Virus record (IMG/VR): IMGVR_UViG_3300036772_000367
Location: 1-64,000 of that record
DNA length: 64,000 bases
Reading direction: 5' to 3' (one strand)
DNA from: a virus
In this document: positions 52,071 through 62,100 of the stretch, piece after piece
How positions within the stretch are numbered: the stretch's first letter is position 1
How the letters are laid out: every line of letters starts with the position of its first letter
The notes under the pieces: model-generated
What the model was told of the DNA's origin: nothing
The model's database searches: none
The model's input: the letters and a program-made list of their open reading frames with translations, nothing else
Program-made: the position numbers and the translations under genes

Positions 52071-53180
52071 ATGATGAAGTTTGATGGACCAGTCAACTAC
52101 AATAATCAGAGTCTAGTGCAGGCTTTGGCTGAACTATTGTCGGTAGATCCGTCCACGCCCATAGAGGGCCGCTTCTGGTACGACACGACGAACCACTTGT
52201 ACAAGTGGTTCAACGGTTCGACGAATATCAACCCGCTGGCTCGTACGAGTCACTCGGGGACGCAGACGTCGGCGACGATCTCGGATCTGGCTGCCGTGGT
52301 GCAAGCGTACCGGCTATCTCAGTTCGCCGCGCCGAACGCCAGCGTGCCGATGGGTGCGCAACAGTTCTCCGGGCTGGCCACTGCCAACGCATCCGGGCAG
52401 GCAGTGGAGTACGCCCAGTTCCAGACGGCGCTCGCTGCTGTCCAGTCAGGGATGGACTTCAAGCAGCACGTCAGCATCATCGCGTTGGCGAACGTAACGA
52501 CATCGAGCCCCGGCGCCACGATCAACGGTCGGACGATGGTGGCCGGCGATCGTGTACTGCTGGCAGCGCAGACGACGACGTCTCAGAACGGCCTGTGGAC
52601 GTGGAGCGGTGCCGCCAGTGCGCTCACACGGCCCGCTGACGCCCCGACAGGTGCGACGGCTGCCGTGGTGGCCGGCACGATCGTGGAGGGCTACAACGCC
52701 ACGGTCAGGACTCTGTACATGCAGACGTCTCTGGGAACCGGTACGAACGGCGCGATCGTGGTGGACACGGATGCGCAGACGTGGACGCAGCCGTTCACCG
52801 GCACCACATATACGGCGGGCAACGGTCTGCAATTGATCGGATCAGTGTTCTCGGCACTGTTGCAGTCCGGCTCGCTGCTGTTGTCATCGGGATCCGGACT
52901 GGCGGTGGACAGTTCGAAGGTCCTTCAAAAGGTAACCGGAGTTGTGCCGACAGCCACGTCAGGAATCTTCACGATCTCGGGTAGCACGGTGACGATCAAT
53001 CACGGTCTGAACAACCAGGATGCTGATTTGTCATTGCGGTTCGGCAGTTCGCCGGGCGCAGGAAACACGACCGGTTCCAAATTGTATGTCGATCACGCAC
53101 CGGTCGACGCGAACAATTTGACGTTCACCTTGTCCGCTGCTCCGGCTGCGAACCAGTATCGCGTGATGGTCAGCGGCTGA
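52071..53180 (+). CDS. fibre-like structural protein
   Basis: GDRVLLAAQTTTSQNGLW, YTAGNGL, TINHGL. Confidence 0.72.
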   Translation: MMKFDGPVNYNNQSLVQALAELLSVDPSTPIEGRFWYDTTNHLYKWFNGSTNINPLARTSHSGTQTSATISDLAAVVQAYRLSQFAAPNASVPMGAQQFSGLATANASGQAVEYAQFQTALAAVQSGMDFKQHVSIIALANVTTSSPGATINGRTMVAGDRVLLAAQTTTSQNGLWTWSGAASALTRPADAPTGATAAVVAGTIVEGYNATVRTLYMQTSLGTGTNGAIVVDTDAQTWTQPFTGTTYTAGNGLQLIGSVFSALLQSGSLLLSSGSGLAVDSSKVLQKVTGVVPTATSGIFTISGSTVTINHGLNNQDADLSLRFGSSPGAGNTTGSKLYVDHAPVDANNLTFTLSAAPAANQYRVMVSG

Positions 53181-55387
53181 TGGGTGGCCCTTTGTGGCGG
53201 CAACCTGTGCGGTTGGACGCTGATCCCACCGCCTTGTCCTCGATCGCGACGAAGAACTATACGGATGGCCTGGGTGCCAGATGGGTGCCGGTCGCCGGTC
53301 GAGCGACAGTGGCGAATGAGAACACCAATTTCGCCAATGCAGGTTTGCAGTGGGCTACAGCCGCCCGGTACGGCCGCACGGTGCATCGGGTGATGGTGGG
53401 TGGCGCGAAGCAGATCCGACTGGAGTACGCGAACTGGGGCTGCCAGAACGGTGACTCGACCGCCGCTGTGGGCGGAACGTTGTCGTTGAGCGCGCGACCA
53501 TTTGAGGTGGCAAACCCCAATTCGGTGCAGTTTCGGGCGTCGATCGAGTATCCGGCGGGTGTATGGCGACAGACGGCTGGCAGCACGGCGTGGTCTTCGG
53601 CGACCGCCTATGCGATCGGGGACCAGGTCACCTCCAATGGCTCGACGTGGGTGTCGATCCAGGCCGGCACGAATCAGACCCCGGCCAGTGGTTCGGTTTT
53701 CTGGCAACAGTCACTGCGATACCTGGTGCACTGGGATGGCGAGGACACGACTCGCGCGGTGATATGTGCGGGTGGGACGATGGTGCAGTCGGTGCCGATA
53801 GCCGTTCCCACATTGCGATCCGGCACCTATCTTGCGGTGAACTCGATGGTGCTGACGGGATCAGCAACGAACAAGTTCACGGTTGGTGACATCTCCCGGT
53901 CGAAGGACTTCGCAGTCGACTACGCCACAACACCGCCGACCGCTGGTTCCGCGACAGACCCGGTTGATTCGGGGGTGACGACACAGACCTCGGCAACAGC
54001 CGGCACGCCAATCCCGATGCCGTTGATGGTGTCGGGGATCGCGTCGTCCAACACGGCGGTCGCGGTGATTGGTGACTCGATCGTGTACGGCTTGCAAGAC
54101 ACCGACACGGCGTGGGGTTTCCAGCGCGGTTATGCGGCGGCGGCGATGGAGGACACTCAGACATCCTGGCTGCGGGCTGCACAGTCTGGTTCGGAGGCAA
54201 GCCAGTATTTACCAGCGAATTCACCACTGCGGCTGTCGGTGATCAGTCGGTGTACGGCGGCATTCGTGAATCTCGGGGTCAACGACATCACTGACCAAGC
54301 CGGTGTGACGGCTACGGTGCAGGCGAATCTGGTGGCCTTGTGGACGGCGCTGGATCAGCTCGGCTTGCAAGTATGGCAGTCCACGATCATGCCTTCTACC
54401 ACGTCGACTGATAGTTGGGCCACCAAAGCGAACCAGACAGTGCAGGGCGCATTCGACACGAGCCGACAGGCGATTAACTCGTGGCTGCGTACCGGGGCGA
54501 CCTGGACGATCCTGGGGCAGTCCATTTCGATGGGTAACCCATTGCATCCACTGACCGGTGTGGTGGATCTGTCCTTGTGGACGGAAGACCCTACCGATTC
54601 GTCGCGGTGGCTATCGAATGGCACCGCGAGCTACTGGACGTTGGACGGTACGCATCCGTCCCCGGCGGCGTATGCATCGCTGGCCAGCCAGTTGATGCTC
54701 TTCGTGCGAAAGATGGCGTCCCTAGGCAGCCCCTACCCGTTTGCTGGGGCCCAGGTGGATGCGGTGCCAGCGCTGTTCTTCAACGGCCTGGTGTCTCTAG
54801 GTGGTGCGCAAGACGGATTCGTCTACGGTGACCTGCTGTCGTCGATGCCCCGCAAGGACGCCATATCGATGCTGGACACGGCGAAGTCGGGGAACTCGAA
54901 CGTGCTGACGACGCAGGCAGCCTCCACCACGAGGACGTACTACACCTGGTTGGGGACGCCGGGGATTCCACAAAAGGTGTCGACCATCAAGATTTGTCTG
55001 GGTTCGACGACATCGGCGTCAGCAACCAATGCCACGGCAGTCACGGTGGGTCTCTATGTGGGTCCATCGAATGTATCTCTGACCCAGGTTGCGACGGGGA
55101 CGGTCAGCACTCCGACGACAACCGGCGAAAAAGATGTGGCGTTGTCGAACTCGGTCACCATCAAGAATGGCCAGTACGCAGTGGTGATGGTGGCGGTCAC
55201 CCTCGGTGTGACGGCAGGTCAGGTGCTGTGCGCGAATGTCGCCGGATCCACTTTTGCTGGTGTCGCTACTCCAGCCGGACAGACCAGCTCCGGCTATGCG
55301 TTGCCGTCCGGTGCACTGCCGACTGGCACAATCAGTCTGGGTGGCTATCAACCCTTGCAGCAGAAGTTCTGGGCGGCACTCGCATAG
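53180..55387 (+). CDS. SGNH/GDSL hydrolase with CBM5/12-like module, probable receptor-binding protein
   Basis: AWSSATAYAIGDQV...W; IGDSI, GVND, DGTHP. Confidence 0.82.
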   Translation: MGGPLWRQPVRLDADPTALSSIATKNYTDGLGARWVPVAGRATVANENTNFANAGLQWATAARYGRTVHRVMVGGAKQIRLEYANWGCQNGDSTAAVGGTLSLSARPFEVANPNSVQFRASIEYPAGVWRQTAGSTAWSSATAYAIGDQVTSNGSTWVSIQAGTNQTPASGSVFWQQSLRYLVHWDGEDTTRAVICAGGTMVQSVPIAVPTLRSGTYLAVNSMVLTGSATNKFTVGDISRSKDFAVDYATTPPTAGSATDPVDSGVTTQTSATAGTPIPMPLMVSGIASSNTAVAVIGDSIVYGLQDTDTAWGFQRGYAAAAMEDTQTSWLRAAQSGSEASQYLPANSPLRLSVISRCTAAFVNLGVNDITDQAGVTATVQANLVALWTALDQLGLQVWQSTIMPSTTSTDSWATKANQTVQGAFDTSRQAINSWLRTGATWTILGQSISMGNPLHPLTGVVDLSLWTEDPTDSSRWLSNGTASYWTLDGTHPSPAAYASLASQLMLFVRKMASLGSPYPFAGAQVDAVPALFFNGLVSLGGAQDGFVYGDLLSSMPRKDAISMLDTAKSGNSNVLTTQAASTTRTYYTWLGTPGIPQKVSTIKICLGSTTSASATNATAVTVGLYVGPSNVSLTQVATGTVSTPTTTGEKDVALSNSVTIKNGQYAVVMVAVTLGVTAGQVLCANVAGSTFAGVATPAGQTSSGYALPSGALPTGTISLGGYQPLQQKFWAALA

Positions 55388-55444
55388 CTGTTCTGTCCTG
55401 CGTGGCGCAGAGAGCGCCTCTGGTAAGGAGTGAAGGAGGCAATC

Positions 55445-55978
55445 ATGGGGCTGGGATATCGTCACGCAAGTTTGCACGAAACAATGGCAGTACGCAGGCT
55501 AGCCATGGATACGTCGGTCTTCCACGTGTTCAAGGAAGGCCAGCAGGTGATGACCATTGACGGTGTGCCCGGCACCGTGACGGCCGTGCAGGATGGTCCG
55601 GTCGCGGGCAACGAGAACTACGACGTCACCCTGATCAATGGTCTGGGCGGCGGTCAGTACACGGCCAGCCAGCTCACCTCGATGGGTACTCCTACGGTGG
55701 CCTCGGAACACCACCTGGCGTCGGATGACTACGAGGAGCTGCGAGACATCCTCGTACAACGTCCTCCGATCGAACGAGAAGCTACGGCAGGGCGTCCCAA
55801 CGAGGATGAGCCGCATGACTCTACGTCTCTGACGGATCCCTTCGCCTGGGCGCCGGACGAGGAGGACTTCCAGGCCCCCGATCTGTCTCGGCAGCTTCCT
55901 CAAGGCGGCTACCACCAGCCCAACTCAGGTCCGGTACAGATGCCTGCCTACGTCGATCCGGAATGGAAGAATCACTAA
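55445..55978 (+). CDS. head-module protein
   Basis: AAGGAGG RBS; GQQVMTIDGVPG...GGGQY. Confidence 0.7.
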   Translation: MGLGYRHASLHETMAVRRLAMDTSVFHVFKEGQQVMTIDGVPGTVTAVQDGPVAGNENYDVTLINGLGGGQYTASQLTSMGTPTVASEHHLASDDYEELRDILVQRPPIEREATAGRPNEDEPHDSTSLTDPFAWAPDEEDFQAPDLSRQLPQGGYHQPNSGPVQMPAYVDPEWKNH

Positions 55979-56184
55979 TGAAGTATTGGTCATCCTTTAC
56001 GACCAATCAGCTTCATGAGGGTCGCATAGGATATGAAGCATATGGCGCCTATACAAATATGAAGACTTTCGACGGCCGCGACATGCCTCCGTGGGACAAG
56101 TTGCCTGATCGGACGCAGAATGCCTGGACAACCGCTGCGCAGGCACTCAAAGAGCAGTTCGCTCCCGACCCGGTAGACGAGTAG
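55978..56184 (+). CDS. small phage protein
   Basis: TAATG coupling; YEAYG...MPPWDKLP...AW. Confidence 0.6.
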   Translation: MKYWSSFTTNQLHEGRIGYEAYGAYTNMKTFDGRDMPPWDKLPDRTQNAWTTAAQALKEQFAPDPVDE

Positions 56185-56186
56185 GA

Positions 56187-59100
56187 GTGGTTGTGTGGCA
56201 TCCGTCCGATCGGCTCTACGCCACCGCTGAGGTCGCTGAGGGCGATCGCAACCCCAGCGGGGTGAAGCCGTTGACCTCGGATCTGCCCGAGCAACAGTTC
56301 GAGGGTGATGGCGGGCCGCCACCGTGCCCCTACTGTGGCCACCCCGAGTTCAAGGAGTTGCCGTCCAACGGCCGGGCCGATCGCGCCCAATGTGCCCAGT
56401 GTGGTGGCATGGTCTACTCGGTCAACGGCAGTCAGTGGCAACCTGAGCTGATCGGTGATCCTTCCAATCACCCCTCCAGCGCAGCGGACCCCGCGTCCGG
56501 TGGTGTGGGTGGTGCGGCGAACTCCGAGGTCCTGATGAACCAGGGACCTGTGCGGACGCACGACGATTCTCAGCTCCGCAACTCGTTGAGTTCACTGGTG
56601 AAGACGGCCGACGATGATCAGTGTCCGCGTTGCTCCGGCGACATGACCGACACAGCGCCGGATCGTTGCTTGGACTGTGGCTATACCCAACCGACTCGTG
56701 TCTCGGACAATCCTCCGCAACATTCTGGACAACGTGTCGCCCTACTGCATACCGCATTGTCCTGGGATGAGATTGGGGATCGGCATCCCCACGTCTACGG
56801 CGACTCCGAGATCCATGGGGATGCCGCTGACGGGGCAGATGGCCCAGGCATCGGATCGGCCGCCAATTACCTAGCCCACGAGACACCAGAGGATCCGGAT
56901 GGGGAAGGGCACTCCGAACACGAGCTGGAGTTCCGCGCGAGGACGGTGCACCCGCGCCACATCGACTACAGCCCCAGCGGTTCGGATGACTACCGGGTGA
57001 AGCGCGCCCGTGAGGGCTATCAGACCCAGCCGGAGATGATGCCGCCGCTGGTGTTGGTCAAGCGCCACAACGTATATCAGGTGGCCGATGGTCACCACCG
57101 GGCCGAGGCCGCTGCTTCGCTGAACCAGCCGGTGCGGGCCTACATCGCGGACTCTCCCTATCCCGATACACCTTTCCGGGACGGCGAGATCGGTCCCTTC
57201 CACCACGCCGAGCCGATCGAGGCCGAACACCACACGGCAGCGAAACCACGACCAAGCAAGAGCTTTCCCAATGGAAAGCGTCACGGCATCGAGATTACTG
57301 ACGGTGCCTACCCAGACGAGTCAGGCATTGTTCAGTGTGACAACTGCGGTAAATACCACTCTGCTACGTACGACCATGAAGGCCAGCACCACGAGGGGCC
57401 CATCCATGCGGTGACGTGCCCGCAGGATGGCATGACCGACTACTACACCAACGAGCGCCTGGAGCCACGCGAGGCGGCACTGAACGATGAGGTTCCCTGG
57501 TGTGCGCACCTTTACCACGGCAACTGCACCTATCCCGGTGACAAGCTGCCCAACGGCACCATCCTGGGCATCCCGCAGGATCGTGGTCCGTGCCCATGGA
57601 AGCACTCGGCGTTCCAGCAGGCCGCGTGTCCCATCTCAGCGCCAGGACCGATGGCTGTCATGACGGTGACAGCCGAGTCGCATACTGCTGATGGCGACTA
57701 TCGAATGCAGCACCAAGCGCCCGATGCCGACTACGGGGCCCCGCTGCATGATGTCGAAGAGATGATGCCCGACTTCTATACGCACCCGCATTACTACAAC
57801 ACTGGTCAGGAACATTTCTGGGATTCCGCTAACAAGATCATAAAGGCGCGCGGGAACCCAGAGAAGAAGGTTCAGATCTATCGGTCGCTGCCGGCCGACT
57901 ACGCGCACGAAGGTTTCCACACGGGCGATTGGGTCACCACATCGAAGGACTATGCCCGTGAGCATGGTAAGGCCACTGAGGACAAAGGATCAGAGCACGA
58001 CTGGCCGATCATCTCCACCAGGGTGCCAGCGAAGCACCTGCACACCGAGGGAGACGTCCACGAGTGGGCCTACAACGGCCCGGAGAAGCCCTTCGGCCAC
58101 ACGGTGAGCTTCCCGGGCGGTCGTGAGCAACAGATCCGGCAGCGTGCCGATGGCACCGTGCAACGGGTCAAGCATCGTCCTGTCGACCCGTTGAATGCCC
58201 AAGGGTACAGCTTCAGTCATCACATGCTGAACGAGAACTCGGATAACCCGGCGCATCAAGTGACGGCGTATGGCCCCGACGAGAACTATGCGGGGCACCA
58301 CCGAGTCGATGCGCAGGGCACCGTCGAGTCCCACGTCGAGCCCGAACATGAGCATATGGCAGATCCGCTGCGTGAGCGGATGGCCAATGAAGTCACCAAG
58401 CGCATGGCGTCACTGCATGTTGGTATCGAGGAAATGCAGCGGATTGCCATTTTTGACGGGGAAGAACAGTGGCATCTCACTGCGGTGACCGCTGGTGCGC
58501 ACGACAGCGATACAGAAATGAAGGGCTTCGGTCTCGATCCCCTGCATGAGGACGATGACTACGCCACTCTGCATCACAAATTCTCGCAGCACTATCGCAT
58601 TCTCGATCATGTTTATGCCAGCGGCAACGAAGCGCATCCAGACGACGTGGATGCTGCTGATGCCATTGATCGGCATCATCGTGACCATGATGTCCCGCCC
58701 ATCACGGATTCCACCTACGGTGATGCGCTACCGCATCAGATGGCGTCGGTGGCTGCCCAAATGATGGTCAACAAGCGTGCAGATCACAGAAGACTCGATC
58801 ATCCTACTGTGACCATGGAGCGAATTCCAGCGAAAGATCATGCGTCTGGGGATTTCAAACAAGGCAGTGTACTGGGTGACTATCAACACGACATCTCACA
58901 CATTCGGTTGGATCCTTATGTTTTGGCCAATGCTGAGATCAACCGCGAAGAGCACGCACCTCAGTCTGATGCACGTGGCTGGCACGTACCTGCTGGAAAT
59001 GCCAATCCGTGGCAGACCACTATCTCTCACGAGGGTGGGCACCACAGGGAAATGAGCCTGACGTCACAGCAACGTGCTTCTATGTTTCGCGACATTTCCC

Positions 59101-62100
59101 ATACTATTCCTGGAGTGACTCCATACACGGAGAAGCGGGCTACTGAACACGGATTGAATAAATGGCATAACGCGAACTATGCCCACCTCATCAATCACGT
59201 CGGGACGTATGCCGCAAAGAATTACCGCGAACTTGCAGCTGAGTTGTATTCTGAACATAGACATGCCGACAATCCATCGCTTGCTGCTCAGACAGCGGGC
59301 CGTCATCTGGAGGGGCGATTTGACGACGATAACAATGAACAGCGCGGATTTGCAGGAGAGTTTGGCGAAGCTAGTTCATATGGAGCCCAGCGCCGAACGG
59401 GATCAGGCCATCGCGAAGGTCATCTCACAGTTGGAGGAGTGCAGGCAGAAGGGTCTCTAACTTTCTGCACTGATACTGAGGAAATGCAGCGGGTCGCCGC
59501 GCTCGACAAAGAGGGACAGTGGCATCTGACGGCGTCCTGGGCAGACGTCAAGGACAAGGCGAAGCTGATCCGCGCGGGTGGTGGTGTCCGTATCGCCGTG
59601 GCATCGATGGATGGCATTGGCGGAGAAGTCCAGGGTGAGCACCATGTCTACGAGACACTGCTGACCTTCGTGCCCGGCTCGTACAAAGTGGGTTCCTGGC
59701 AGTGCGGCTGCAAGTGGGCTGCCTATGCTTGGGGCCGCTCGCCAGCGTATCGACGGTTCGAAGGCCGGATGTGCTCCCATGCCCTGGCCATGCAGTACGA
59801 GGCCCAGGCCCGAGGGATGTTCGGCCGCACTGTCCAGGAGGACCGGGAGCGTCCACACTGGCTCAAGCCGCACTCGCCGGTCGTAGTGCAGTACGAGCGA
59901 CCGAGTGAGAAGCACCCGCAGGGCATCGACCTGACGCGTCGTGCGGTGCCGCCGGGCAACATGCGCACGACGTTCGGGTCCAAGGAGGCAGCGATGGAAC
60001 CAGCACAACTGATCGCGCTGGCCGTGCTGACGATGTGCGACCACGATCCGGTGCGTGCCATCCCCTCCCTGGGGCTGTACGGCTTCGACCACCGCACTGC
60101 GCAACTGTTGATCAAGCAGGCGACCGAACACGAGGACGCGGAAAGTCTGAGCGTGCCGCCGTTGCGCTTGGAGCAGCTGCACCCCGAACCGATGCGGTCT
60201 ACTGCGTCGAAGCGATGCCCTGAGTGCAGTGCCTCGGTTTCCAGCAGTGCGCTGACGTGCCCCGAGTGCGGTGCGAACCTTGCCGATGTTCCCGAACTCC
60301 ATGAGGCTTCATGGCAGGACGAGGAGCAGCGCTGTCCGCACTGTGGTGGCTACCTGGGCCCGACCGCGTTCAAGGCGGGGCGCTGCCCGCACTGCGGCCA
60401 TGCACTGTCGCACCGGGAAGGTGCCTACGAGCCGGGCCTGCACAACACGCAGGATGCCCGGATGAACACCGAGGCCCCTGACTGGGGCACAGACCACCTC
60501 GTGCCCTGCGACCAGTGTCGTGGACAAGGCTGCGGTCACTGCGGCGGCACGGGCAACGTGGTGCAGATGAACGGGGTCACTGGCTCGCCTGTGCCTGACC
60601 AGTCCGAGGGTGCCGGCGACGTCATGCGTCAGGACGGCTTGGCGTGGGGTGATCCCATCTCGATGGGTGCCGTGTTGGCAGCACATGAAGATGACCCAAC
60701 TTACTTGCGCTTTGGCTCGTGGCCGAAGGACGAGCGATCGCGAAACAATATCACGGGGTTCCCTGAAGAAGGCGTGAGCGTCTACGATCTCGACCACCGT
60801 GGTGAGCCGAAGGATCCGGACGCCAACTTTGGTCGCTTGCATGAGCACCACGAGCATTGTGATCCGGACTGCGATTTGGACTCGTGGAACGAGGACTACG
60901 GTAACGACACCCTGGAGGAAATGCGGGGACGAGTGCATCGTGCCGAGAGGACTCGCTACAACGGCAACGAGAACCACAGCGATACCGGACATCTGGTCAA
61001 GGGCGAGATGGCGGGCATTGGCCATGACGGCGAGCCGCTGCTGAAGAATGTGCGCCGAGTCGGCGACTGGATCGATCATCGCCATCTGTTTTTCCCGCAG
61101 GCGGAGAGGCACCGACTGGCTCGTGATCCCTATGACGAGGACTACGAAGAGCCCAAGCTGAACAAACGTAGCGCAAAGAAGCAGGAGAGCCACGCGCCTT
61201 CGGTCGCGGGCGTGGCGCTCAAGGCGGCCGACACGGGTCGAGTACTGATGCTGCAACGTGGCCTAGAGGACAAGAAGGATCCTGCTGCTGGTACGTGGGA
61301 ATTCCCCGGCGGCCACATTGAGCCGGGCGACAAGACGTCTCTGCATGGTGCGATGCGGGAGTGGGAAGAGGAAGTCGGTCAACCGTTCCCGGACGGTGGT
61401 GTGGTCCACCACGTCTGGACGTCGCCGAATGGTGTCTACCAGGGTCACGTCGTGGTGATCCCCGCCGAGCGTGACCTGACGATGCACGACGGCCGCGTGA
61501 TGACCAATCCTGATGATCCACATGGTGATCATGCCGAGCAGGCTGCCTGGTGGCAGGTCGAGCACGCACGCAAGAACCCCGCACTGCGGCCCGAGGTGAA
61601 GCAGAATACGCCATGGAAGCAGCTTGCCAACGCAGGAATGCAGAAGGAAGCTGACTACGCCGCGAATGATGCACTCAGTGGCGGCGGTCCCGAGGTGCAC
61701 ACGCCTACCGACGCACCGCAGCACTCTAACTCCACAAACCCGGCCAGCACCGGCTACGCGACGTCCTGGGATCCGAACGGGTGGAACGGCGAGGAACCCT
61801 TCGGCGGTCGTGATGACGTGCCCATGGCGGGCTACTCGGCATCCTTGGCACCCATCATCGAACCCCGATACTCCTACCAGCCGCCGCAGGCCGTAGCGAG
61901 TGTCCTGGGCCAATGGGGGCAGGGACAGACACCCGTGGTGTTCGAGCGTGCCGCCAGGACGCTGGCCACTCTGCACGACGAGCCAGAACCTGCGCTGCCC
62001 TCCACCGATGGTGGTGACGAGCGCATGAAGCCGATCAACCACCTGCATCACGGCATCCCACACAATGACCAGGGCACAATGCCGTACGGCTATGACGATC

